A DNA stretch of 64,000 nt from Nemertoderma westbladi (taxonomy: Eukaryota > Animalia > Xenacoelomorpha), in NCBI GenBank assembly GCA_032718475.1, contig JAUCBJ010000684.1, positions 1-64,000 on the forward strand. Direction: 5' to 3'. Under the pieces are notes generated by a model. The model ran no database searches and was not told where the DNA came from. It was given only the letters and a program-made list of their open reading frames with translations. This document shows positions 37,871 to 49,442 of this stretch, one piece after another. The number at the start of each line of letters is the position of its first letter. The stretch's first letter is position 1. The translations under genes were made by a program, and so were the position numbers.

Positions 37871-38097
37871 AAGTTTCCGTGTTTTCATTACTAGTAGGGA
37901 AAGGAACGTTTGCATTCTCTTTTAGGTGATTGACATACGTTGCAGCCTAGTTTTTATAAAACGAAACTTTTAATAGGTCTAATATTGTGACGAGGTTATT
38001 TCCCGCTCACAATTGGGCTCAATTATTAGTTAGGGTTGGATTTATTTTCCAACTTCAAATTATTCTTTTAATTATTCCAACATGATTTCGCATTCGT

Positions 38098-40340
38098 ATT
38101 GGCTGTACTAATTTGGCCCCCATTACACCCCTTTCATCCCATTGGCTGTACCAGTTTGCCGCCCATTACACCCTTTCAACCCATTGGCTGTACCAGTTTG
38201 GCCCCCATTACACCCTTTCATTCTATTGGCTGTACCAGTTTGGTCCCCATTACACCCCTTTCATCCCATTGGCTGTACCAGTTTGCCGCCCATTACTCCC
38301 TTTCAACCCATTGGCTGAACCAGTTTGGCCCCCATTACACCCTTTCATCCCATTGGCTGTACCAGTTTGGCCCCCATTACACCCTTTCATCCCATTGGCT
38401 GTACCAGTTTGGCCCCCATTACACCCTTTCATCCCATTGGCTGTACCAGTTTGCCGCCCATTACACCCTTTCATCCTATTGGCTGTACCAGTTTGGCCTC
38501 CATTACACCCTTTCATCCCATTGGCTGTACCAGTTTGGCCCCCATTACACCCTTTCATCCCATTGGATGTACCAGTTTGGCCTCCATTACACCCTTTCAT
38601 CCCATTGGCTGTACCAGTTTGGCCTCCATTACACCCTTTCATCCTATTGGCTGTACCAGTTTGGCCTCCATTACACCCTTTCATCTCATTGGATGTACCA
38701 GTTTGGCCCCCATTACACCCTTTCATCCCATTGGCTGTACCAGTTTGGCCTCCATTACACCCTTTCATCCCATTGGCTGTACCAGTTTGCCGCCCATTAC
38801 ACCCTTTCATCCCATTGGCTGTACCAGTTTGGCCTCCATTACACCCTTTCATCCTATTGGCTGTACCAGTTTGGCCTCCATTACACCCTTTCATCTCATT
38901 GGATGTACCAGTTTGGCACCCATTACACCCTTTCATCCCATTGGCTGTACCAGTTTGGCCCCCATTACACCCTTTCATCCCATTGGCTGTACCAGTTTGG
39001 CCCCCATTACACCCTTTCATCCCATTGGCTGTACCAGTTTGGCCCCCATTACACCCTTTCATCCCATTGGCTGTACCAGTTTGGCCCCCATTACACCCTT
39101 TCATCCCATTGGCTGTACCAGTTTGGCCCCCATTACACCTTTTCATCCCATTGGCTGAACCAGTTTGGCCTCCATTACACCCATTCATCCCATTGGCTGT
39201 ACCAGTTTGGCCCCCATTACACCCTTTCATCTCATTGGATGTACCAGTTTGGCCCCCCATTACACCCTTTCATCCTATTGGCTCTACCAGTTTGGCCTCC
39301 ATTACACCCTTTCATCCCATTGGCTTTACCAGTTTGGCCCCCATTACACCCCTTTCATCCCATTGGCTGTACCAGTTTGCCGCCCATTACACCCTTTCAA
39401 CCCATTGGCTGAACCAGTTTGGCCCCCATTGCACCTTGTCATCCTATTGGCTGTACCAGTTTGGCCCCCATTACACCCTTTCATCCCATTGGATGTACCA
39501 GTTTGGCCCCCATTACACCCTTTCATCCCATTGGCTGTACCAGTTTGGCCTCCATTACACCCTTTCATCCTATTGGCTGTACCAGTTTGGCCTCCATTAC
39601 ACCCTTTCATCTCATTGGATGTACCAGTTTGGCCCCCATTACACCCTTTCATCCCATTGGCTGTACCAGTTTGCCGCCCATTACACCCTTTCATCCCATT
39701 GGCTGTACCAGTTTGGCCTCCATTACACCCTTTCATCCTATTGGCTGTACCAGTTTGGCCTCCATTACACCCTTTCATCTCATTGGATGTACCAGTTTGG
39801 CCCCCATTACACCCTTTCATCCCATTGGCTGTACCAGTTTGGCCTCCATTACACCCTTTCATCCTATTGGCTGTACCAGTTTGGCCCCCATTACACCCTT
39901 TCATCCCATTGGCTGTACCAGTTTGGCCCCCATTACACCCTTTCATCCCATTGGCTGTACCAGTTTGGCCCCCATTACACCCCTTTCATCCTATTGGCTG
40001 TACCAGTTTGGCCTCCATTACACTCTTTCATTCCATTGGCTGTACCAGTTTGGCCTCCATTACACCCTTTCATCCTATTGGCTGTACCAGTTTGGCCCCC
40101 ATGACACCCTTTCATCCCATTGGCTGTACCAGTTTGGCCCCCATTACACCCTTTCATCCCATTGGCTGTACCAGTTTGGCCTCCATTACACCCTTTCATC
40201 CCATTGGCTGTACCAGTTTGCCGCCCAATACACCCTTTCATCCTATTGGCTGTACCAGTTTGGCCCCCATTACACCCCTTTCATCCTATTGGCTGTACCA
40301 GTTTGGCCTCCATTACACACTTTCATCCTATTGGCTGACC
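38098..40340. repeat. 42-bp minisatellite (~53 copies)
   Basis: Unit cattggctgtaccagtttggcccccattacaccctttcatcc; source of the many 14-aa-periodic ORFs. Confidence 0.95.
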
Positions 40341-41459
40341 ACCTCCCAACTCGTCTCTAATACGTTCAGTTTTGTATTTAAATTTAATTTCCTCTTTTTT
40401 TAGTGAAATATTATACCGCGCGGTATATTTTATTCTTATTTAAGTTATTCGATTTTATTAAACTAACTAACTGTACAAACAAGACGTTTATTTAGTGTCA
40501 TACTTTGTATGAAACACAGAAAGTGAATGAACAGCTATGCAATTTAGGCGAACCTGCACGCTATTTATATAAAAATATGCAATATTTTTTAGAATAAACT
40601 TGAGAATGTTGACTGTTGAGCCAATGGAGTTGTCTAGTCTAGTATTTAGAAAAACATGCAATTTGGTTTTAGTGTATTAAAGGGTTTATTTATCCAATAT
40701 TTAATATTGTCAATAAATAATAAAAAACATCCCACAAAGACAGATTAAACGATATCAGCTCTATACCTTTACATATTATATGTAAAGGCATCATATGCAG
40801 CATATCAGCAAAGCAATCATATGCTATATATTTACATCCTTATTACATAATATTGTGCGACTAAACCATATTGCCCGTCTACAATGATTCAACTTGCTTT
40901 GTTGCTAACTTAGCAGGCGGGACCTTTCTCAATAATTTGTTTAAAATGATCGTTTTGGAATTTTATAATTTATTACCTATTATTTTGTGTTCACGTAATT
41001 TTTGCATGCTGTGTCTTTATGTTTATTTATACTTTCTGTGTCAGAGTCATTTATATTATTATCCATCATTTACTTTATACTTATTTTACAATGTTAAAGT
41101 TATTTCCCCTGTGGTTTCTGGTTTATTATCCAGTTTATAATATAAAACTGAAAAATCTTGTTCTCTTTCGCAAATATTAACTTTAATAATGAACAAAAAT
41201 CTAAGACCGGACGTGAACCGGAATTTCATTTGTTAAGAGTTTCATGATCCAAGCGTTATCAATGAATTAAATAGAGAAGATTCTGTAACTGTATTCGTAA
41301 ATTTAATTATTTTAAGGATAGTATCGATCTACAACCCAACTGGTAATTGTTTACCTTTGGCGGCAGGGAGGTTGTAGGGATGTTGGGGATGTCTTATTAT
41401 TGACATCAGTGGATGCGGATTTCTAGTAAATAATGTTCACTACTGCATGTTTGAAGGTA

Positions 41460-41697
41460 AATAGTAATAAAGGTTTTCTTAGGCCTTTAGGCCAGGGATT
41501 GCGCAGACAGACTTACGACTTCTTTCCAGTGTGTTCCCACCAGAACTATGGGACTCATTTAGCTACCGTTTAAGGATGCAAGGTTATAATTATCACTTTT
41601 AAATCATTAATGCTGCATCAAAAACGAACCCTGGTCTCCATGTGAGGATCGAACCCACGACCTCCAACGAAATTAACTACAATACCAAGGTGGGACT
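41460..41697 (-). mobile_element. tRNA-derived SINE (same family as 33506-33660)
   Basis: Reverse complement ccaccttggt...ggaggtcgtgggttcgatcc...ccttgcatcc...agct. Confidence 0.6.
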
Positions 41698-41747
41698 TGG
41701 CAAAGTGACAATATATACAATAGAAATTGCTTAAATGTTACACCCCT

Positions 41748-41968
41748 TATGAAGAATATCAGGTTTTCACTTTTCGGGCGACTTTTTATTGGGCTTTTAT
41801 ATGAAAAATGTGCATTTTTTAAAGTGTGTTATAGCGCTTATTTCTTTCTTATAACCTGGGCAGATAGTAACTCGTGCAGATAGTAATTCGTTTATTGTTT
41901 TGGTTAGATTCAGCCCTTCTGTAACCTGTGTTTTTAGTGAAAACCTGGTCTTCTTCAGATGGGGTGTA
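41748..41968. mobile_element. MITE; inverted sibling at ~43358-43880
   Basis: gaagaatatcaggttttcac ... gtgaaaacctggtcttcttc termini; internal sequence shared with the 43358-43880 copy. Confidence 0.6.
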
Positions 41969-43998
41969 GCATTTACTTACATCCGCATGACAGGAGCGCG
42001 TTGTGGTTGGGGAATACGGACATTGGCCACATCCCTAGTAAATTGTGATTGTGCAACGTGGTTGCGAGCAGCAGTTCGACAAGATTATTATTTATAAAGA
42101 AAGACCTTTACCGCCATGAGGTGGACAGGTGGTCTATAAAGTATTAGAAATCACGGTCAAACTATCTATCATGTTATCATATATGTTAGAAAAATTAAGA
42201 GGTTTGGGTCACTAAATTTAGAAACTACCACATATGTGCAGATAGGGGGGGAAACTGTACGCAATAAAAATTCATCCCTCTCCAGGGGAAATTCGACGCA
42301 AATAACAGCTGATTATTCTCAAAAATAAAACTGTAACCTGTTCTATTGTGTTTAGTTTATTGTTTTGGTTAAATTTACGTGCCACTGTAACCTGCTCATT
42401 TCCCTAAATTGAGAATTGAACATTGAGGCGGGATATTAATTCGCCAAGGGCAGCACCGTTCTTTAATTGGCGTTTCTTGAAGCTCAGAAATTATAACGCC
42501 ATTATTTCAATTTGATATAATAGGACATCCATATGAATTAGTATAGTTATTAGAAATATTAAAGTAAATAATATGACAGGAAATTCAATCCAATGGGTGG
42601 ACCTTGAATCTATATCTTCTACACGTCACCTTGAGACTGACTGTCCCAACATTAGTACGTCTACATTAGAAGCCAGGATATTACTGGACATTGCTACTAG
42701 GAAGCTGTCTGACTGTGCCCGCCTTGTCTATATTGTAGTTTATATATTGGTCAGCCCCACGAGGAAAGACATTTATAATGACTCAGAGTATTTTTATTGG
42801 AATTTCTGAATTTGATCTATTATTTTTTTATTTACTCGAAAAATAATTTTATGTATTGATAGTTGATACTGCATTAGCAGATTAATAAATTTAATTTAGG
42901 AATACCAGGTTTATTTAATACATTATCAATACTCTGTCCCTGTCGTATTTATTATGTTTTAAAGTTTAAACAACCAAGTAATACAACCAATAATAACCAG
43001 TACCGGTACCGGTAATAATTCAAAACTTATCCTTCACCTTCTTTTCTTTGCATTTAAAAAGCTCTAAATTCAGCATTTTAGTAACCACTGCACTATATAG
43101 GGAATATACATACTGCTAATAATGGAAAACTCACTAGAATATGAACCAAAAAATGAAATCAGCAAAATCATGAAAACAATAAATCTGGAAAAATTTAAAG
43201 AAATCCAAAATATTCCGAAATATAATTTCGTATTATTTAAGAAATGCAGAATTTATTCAGAAATATCACCACGTTTAGGCCCCCCTCACACGGGGCAACT
43301 TATTTCTGCAATTTGTTTCTGAAACAGTAAAGTAGCCTGCATGGTAACGTTTGGTGGGCCCGTGTGAAGAATACCAGGTTTTCACCAAAAACACAGCGTT
43401 ACAGAAAGGCTGAATTTAACCAAAACAATAAACGAATTAGTATATGTACAGGTTATAAAACAGAAATAAGCGCTATAAAACACTTAATAAAGATAAATTA
43501 AAAAAAAATAAAAATCTTCATAATATGAAGATTTTTTATTTTTTTTTAATTTATCTTTATTAAGTGTTTTATAGCGCTTATTTCTGTTTTATAACCTGTA
43601 CATATACTAATTCGTTTATTGTTTTGGTTAAATTAATAAATTAAAAAAAAATAAAAAATCTTCATAATATGAAGATTTTTTATTTTTTTTTTAATTTATT
43701 TTTATTTAATTTATTTTTATATTTTATATATTATATAAAATTCCAATAAAAAGTCGACCGAAAAATGAAATCCTTGTATTCTTCACATGGGCGACAATCG
43801 TCCCAAAAGTGAAATCCTGGTATTCTTTACATGGGCGACAATTGGCCCAAAAGTGAAATCCTGGTATTCTTCAATGGGCGGTTTGCTGAGTCTCTAAGCC
43901 AACCTCTAATTTAGAATTCTCCATGTTTTCGAATAAGGCAGAAAAGCTTTAATAATCAAATTTATCAACTTAATCAAATTATTATAATATTAATTACC

Positions 43999-44079
43999 AT
44001 GGCTACTGGAGAGTCAGGGGGAAGTGGTGACGCAACCGCCCAACAGCAGTCAGAAGATAATCTACACTATCTGAGAACG
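43999..44079 (+). CDS. RyR: Ryanodine receptor exon 1
   Basis: accATGG; MATGESGGSGDATAQQQSEDNLHYLRT|GTAAGT, matching the RyR N-terminal FLRT motif. Confidence 0.85.
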
Positions 44080-44138
44080 GTAAGTATGGATTCATTAGCA
44101 TTCGAAAAAATTACTTAAACATCCTGTTCAGTCATTAA

Positions 44139-45793
44139 CCCTTTGCTGCTCGAATTATTTTTACTGGTTTAAAAAAAATTTTTTTAGATTAGATAAACTG
44201 AAAACAGTCTAAAAGAACACATTAATGCCAAAAAAAAAATTTTTTTATTTTTTGAATATTTTTAATGAATGTTGTTCAGGAACAACAATGAGCATTAAAG
44301 GTAGCAATAATATTTGGTAAAATAGAATCAGATTCATCTTCCCCACTATCATTACTATCTGGTATGACAATTGAATACACCTTCTCTTTGTTCTGGTACC
44401 GAACTACTACTCCAAGGATCGGCAGGCTGCATTGGAGCTGCATTTTTAAGAAAACTTTGTCGGCTTGTCGACAAAATTTCGCCGCCACAACTCCCTATAA
44501 CCCATGACATTTGCTAGATCATCCGCATCTTCAAAGCCAGTGTCCTTCAAGATGCGTCTCAAGAAAGTCATGGGCTGTCCACCATTCTTATACACTCCAT
44601 GAGGCTGCCAAATCATAAGATTATGCACTGGCTGGTCCTCGCGGCGAAAGCAATGTCCTGCAAAGCGGAGGCGGCTTTGTTCTACAGTAGTGTCAAGCTT
44701 GGGGGGAACCAATGAGAGGCACCTCCAATGTTTTATAGTGTCTACTACTACGGTCAGCATGCTGCATAGCAGCTGCATTATATATATATTACATATATAT
44801 TAAGAATGCTGTGCCGGCTTGTCGATAAAATTGCGCTGCAACAACGCATGAGCCATGACATTTGCTAGATCATCCGCATCTTCAAGGTCAGTGTCCTTTA
44901 AGATGCGTCTCAAGAAAGTCATGGGCTGTACCCATGCTTATTCGCTCCATGAGAGCGTCAAAGCACAAGGTTATGCACTGGCTGGTCCTCACGGCGAAAG
45001 CAATGTCCTGCAAAGCGGAGGCGGTTCCGTTCAAGTGTCAAGCTAGTGAAGATTAATGGAAAACCTCCAATGCTATATAGAGTTTGGTTGAAGATGTGTT
45101 CCTTGTACTTGACAGAGAGAACTCAGCGCAAAATTCTTGTGAAAGTGCCACCCAGAGATTTGGTATCCTCTGCAGTTATAGCCCAGCATGGACTCCCATA
45201 TAAGAGTACTGGTACTACTGCTGCCATAAATAATCGAACCTTAAGGTTTCGTTTAAGGTACCGAACAATTAATTCGCAAGCATAAAAATCTGAATAGGTA
45301 ATAATAATAAATATTAGATGAGACACCAGATGAGTTATGAGACACCACTTCACTTAAATAACTGAGAAATAAAAACTAATAACAGTGTAATTTTAGCTTT
45401 CTTAAATGGGCAATGTTGTTGTGGGACAACAATCTTTAAAACACTACTAACTTGGTTAAAATCTATTAACAATCTATTGGAGCATTCGAAAATCATCTTA
45501 GACGTGTTTTCCTATCTACTCAATTTTTTTGGAACAGAAAAATTAAAGGGAATTGCATTTTTTAACAATATGAATGCACATGTTTTTTCAATTACCGCTT
45601 ATTGAAGCATAGGCTCACAATATGTAAGCCAATGTTCAAATTTCCCTCTTGAAAGCAAACGAAACTGATCCTCAGGTACAAGAAACATGTTGACAACCCA
45701 TATCAACCAATCAGATATCACATATTACCATTCTGAGATTAGGAGAGCCAATAATAGGAATGTTGTTCCGGAACAACACTGAGCAGCAAAGGG
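44139..45793. mobile_element. piggyBac-like non-autonomous element in RyR intron 1
   Basis: TTAA|ccctttgctgctc ... gagcagcaaaggg|TTAA; repeated internal aatgttgtt..ggaacaaca motifs. Confidence 0.85.
44404..45258 (-). mobile_element. Two tandem 3' RTE fragments nested in the piggyBac-like element
   Basis: RLRFAGHCFRREDQP and LLYGSPCW motifs; two (CTA)n tails at ~44404 and ~44742. Confidence 0.85.
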
Positions 45794-46145
45794 TTAAAAT
45801 AATATCAAACATTAGAGAAATTACTAATGCAGTAATTTATATAGCTTTTTACTATTTATTATAATGTATGAATTACTTTATCTCACGTCTATCCAAAGTG
45901 TGACAATTGACTTAAAATATTGAAACACTACACTGAGAAATGTAGTTAACTTACTATATACTTAGTTTTGTTTTATTTTTATTCTCGAAAATATGTGGTA
46001 CCGATGGGGGGAGGGGGGGGGGGGGGGGCTTGTTAAATTTACCTGAAATTTAGCAATAAATGTTTATGGCGGCTACTCTAATATTTCCAAAGGTAACCTT
46101 GTTTATGTTCATATCATAATTTTCATTGATATATCTTCTGTTTAG

Positions 46146-46277
46146 GGGGACACGGTGTGTTTTATGACTGTTGTAAAGCAAACGACACCGGATGGCGACA
46201 CTTTTACTGAGAAGATATCCTTAGCAGCTGACGGATTTGGGAACAGAATGTGTCACTTAGAGATAGTTAACGACAAG
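46146..46277 (+). CDS. RyR: Ryanodine receptor exon 2
   Basis: tttAG|GDTVCFMT...KISLAADGFGNRMCHLEIVNDK|GTAAGC (RyR LAAEGFGNRLC motif). Confidence 0.92.
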
Positions 46278-46896
46278 GTAAGCTACCGGTACCGGTATGC
46301 GGAAAAAACTTCGACAGATACGGGAACGCAAACTTTCGACGCAAAGAAAATTTATTCCTCTCCAGGGGAAAATCGACGCAAACATCAGCTGATTACTCCA
46401 AAAAATATAACCATGACCTGTTCTATTGACTTTAGTTTAATATTTTGGTTGAAATAACGCGCCTCTGTAACCTGCTCCTTTCCATAAATTGCTATTTTAT
46501 CTTTGACGCGAAATGTTTAATTCGCAAATGTTAATTTGTGAGATTTGCGTCCAGTTTCATCAAGCTGTCTCTCCTTCGATCGATATGGTATATTTAAGCT
46601 CTATATGCCACTACATCATATGGGAAGTTTTTTTTTAAAACTAAATAATCTAAAAAGAGCTTGATAAAATTAAGTCGTCCTTTTTAAAGAAAATGCTAGG
46701 TTTGCCCACCAATGCCTCCTCAACTTTAGCACATAATCTTACGGGAGAAAGAACTCTAGTGGAAGGCATACTATCTAAACACAATAATATTTTCGACAAA
46801 GACGTGGTGCAATCTTATAAAGCTTTTAGAGCCGATTGCCAGAATCACTTTATTAACGAAGGTTTCATCCGAGGCCCAGCCTTTAACCGCCACGTG

Positions 46897-47900
46897 CTCT
46901 GTCGCACGACAGCGCACGGGTTCCACCATAAACTCTGTCGGACGACAGCGCACGGGTTCCACCATAAACTCTGTCGGACGACAGCGCACGGGTTCCACCA
47001 TAAACTGTGTCGGGCGACAGCGCACGGGTTCCACCATAACCTCTGTCGGACGACAGCGCACGGGTTTCACCATAAACTCTGTCGGACGACAGCGCACGGG
47101 TTCCACCATAAACTCTGTCGGACGACAGCGCACGGGTTCCACCATAATCTCTGTCGTACGACAGCGCACGGGTTCCACCATAAACTCTGTCGGACGACAG
47201 CGCACGGGTTCCACCATAATCTCTGTCGTACGACAGCGCACGGGTTCCACCATAAACTCTGTCGGACGACAGCGCACGGGTTCCACCATAAACTCTGTCG
47301 GACGACAGCGCACGGGTTCCACCATAGACTCTGTCGGACGACAGCGCACGTGTTCAACCATAAACTCTGTCGAACGACAGCGCACGGGTTCCACCATAAA
47401 CTCTGTTGGACGACAGCGCACGGGTTCCACCATAAACTCTGTCGTACGACAGCGCACGGGTTCCACCATAAACTCTGTCGTACGACAGCGCACGGGTTCC
47501 ACCATAAACTCTGTCGGACGACAGCGCACGGGTTCCACCATAAACTCTGTCGTACGACAGCGCACGGGTTCCACCATAAACTCTGTCGGACGACAGCGCA
47601 CGTGTTCAACCATAAACTCTGTCGAACGACAGCGCACGGGTTCCACCATAAACTCTGTTGGACGACAGCGCACGGGTTCCACCATAAACTCTGTCGTACG
47701 ACAGCGCACGGGTTCCACCATAAACTCTGTCGGACGACAGCGCAAGGGTTCCACCATAAACTCTGTCGGACGACAGCGCACGGGTTCAACCATAAACTCT
47801 GTCGGACGACAGCGCACGGGTTCCACCATAAACTCTGTCGGACGACAGCGCAAGGGTTCCACCATAAACTCTGTCGGACGACAGCGCACGGGTTCCACCA
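46897..47900. repeat. 36-bp minisatellite (~28 copies) with an internal hairpin
   Basis: Unit ctctgtcggacgacagcgcacgggttccaccataaa; ctgtcg-ga-cgacag palindrome. Confidence 0.95.
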
Positions 47901-48492
47901 CGCCCTTTCCACTCTTTATCCGATTTATGTGCCTGTAAATTCTGTCACTCACCCATTACAGATAAATTCCATATCTTGGTCTGTTCATCTGCCCCAACTC
48001 TCGCAACTCTAGCGAACGATTAATCTATTTATTTTATAATTTAGTTCCTATTTTAGTCTCGATATTTTCTTACTCTCGATAATTTTACTCTCGATATTTT
48101 TATTTTTTTTGGAACTCGCCATTATCATCACTCGCTTGATTATCGATATTTTTCAACACTCCGTATTTTTTTATTTTACTAGCGTTATTTTTACATCCAA
48201 TATTTTTCATATCTCGGTATTTTTTCAATATAACCTTATTTTACGATGATATAATAATAATCCATTTTTAGTTAACAAATTTTCAATTTTATTATCGATC
48301 CATGTGTGTAGTTCCTATATTCTATTTTAACATATTTATATTTATTGGTCAATTGAAATAATGAATAAATTCTCAGTTGCCTCGCTTGGGGGCGTAATGA
48401 TTTTATTAAAAAATATTTAAGCTTTGCGATTTATCTTTATATTTATGTATTTGTTTGGCATGGATTTATTACCAATCTCTTGTTATCCACAG

Positions 48493-48666
48493 GATATACC
48501 ACCGGACGTTACTGCCACAATGTTTGTACTTGAGAATGCCATGTCCAGCAAGGCGTTGCAGGAACTGCTAACATCATCGGGTAGTGACCTCATTGATAGT
48601 GCCATGTTTCATAAGACACTACTTTATGGACACGCCGTGCTACTGGGTCACTTCCATAGCAACATG
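48493..48666 (+). CDS. RyR: Ryanodine receptor exon 3
   Basis: cacAG|DIPPDV...FVLE.AMS.KALQELL...HKTLLYGHAVLL.H.HSNM|GTGAGT. Confidence 0.93.
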
Positions 48667-48772
48667 GTGAGTTGTTAGGCGTTAAGCAACCGAATGTCTA
48701 TTTATTTGATTGTAATATTTGTGTGGTTTACATGGTTTATGTTTGTATTTCCAGTTGCAGCTTTCTGTAACA

Positions 48773-49218
48773 CCGTATTTACTCGAATAAGAGCCCGCCT
48801 CGAATTTTACGCCCCCCTTACCATCCGCCTTCCCCGAATAAACGCCCCGGAATAAACAATGTGGGGCGTTAACATTGTTGAGAGTTAACTGATTGTTAAG
48901 CCTGAAAGTATATGTTGTAGGGTGTTGTACCGCTGTAATAGGCTGCATTGTAATAAAGATAATCCTGGTTTTATTTGAATTATTTCATTTGTTTAACTTG
49001 TTTTCTTGAATTTAACAACATTCTTTTAGGGTACTTAGATTCAAAATGCTGAAAATCTAGAACATAAACGTAAACGCCCCCACTCCAACCACATAATTTG
49101 GAACTTAAACGCCTTACCCGAATAAACGCCTCCCTCGAATAAACGCCTCCCCAATTGGCAAACTTTACTTAAAAACTTATAAACTTAAACGGCCAGGCTC
49201 TTATTCGAGTAAATACGG
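48773..49218. mobile_element. Tc1/mariner (pogo/Tigger-like) MITE
   Basis: 23-bp TIR ccgtatttactcgaataagagcc; TA on the right, CA on the left. Confidence 0.85.
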
Positions 49219-49304
49219 TATATAAAGTAAACGTCCCCTACTCCACCTTGTGGGCTGTAACTTAGTTAAACGTTCCCCCACTTCACGTTTTGTTTTATTT
49301 GCAG

Positions 49305-49442
49305 TATTTATCCTGCTTAAAGACCTGCAGCAGTAAAGATAAACTTGCCTTTGATGTTGGATTGTCTGAGGAAGACCCCACGTTAGAGAACAACTGGTGG
49401 ATAGTTCACCCCTCATCTAAGCAGCGATCGGAAGGGGAAAAG
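49305..49442 (+). CDS. RyR: Ryanodine receptor exon 4 (MIR domain)
   Basis: tgcAG|YLSCL...DKLAFDVGL...[16 protein letters not shown]|GTAGGC. Confidence 0.95.

Noticed and set aside
38099-40403. Many long ORFs on both strands with 14-aa periodicity
   Set aside because: Translations of a 42-bp minisatellite; open in several frames and broken by 1-bp indels.
46700-46860. Possible hAT dimerisation-domain remnant on the minus strand
   Set aside because: Only faint FW...S.RV.S similarity across stops and frames; not supportable without a search.
46897-47900. 36-bp hairpin-containing repeats resembling CRISPR repeats (also 58908-62618)
   Set aside because: Head-to-tail with no unique spacers, no cas genes, eukaryotic intron context.
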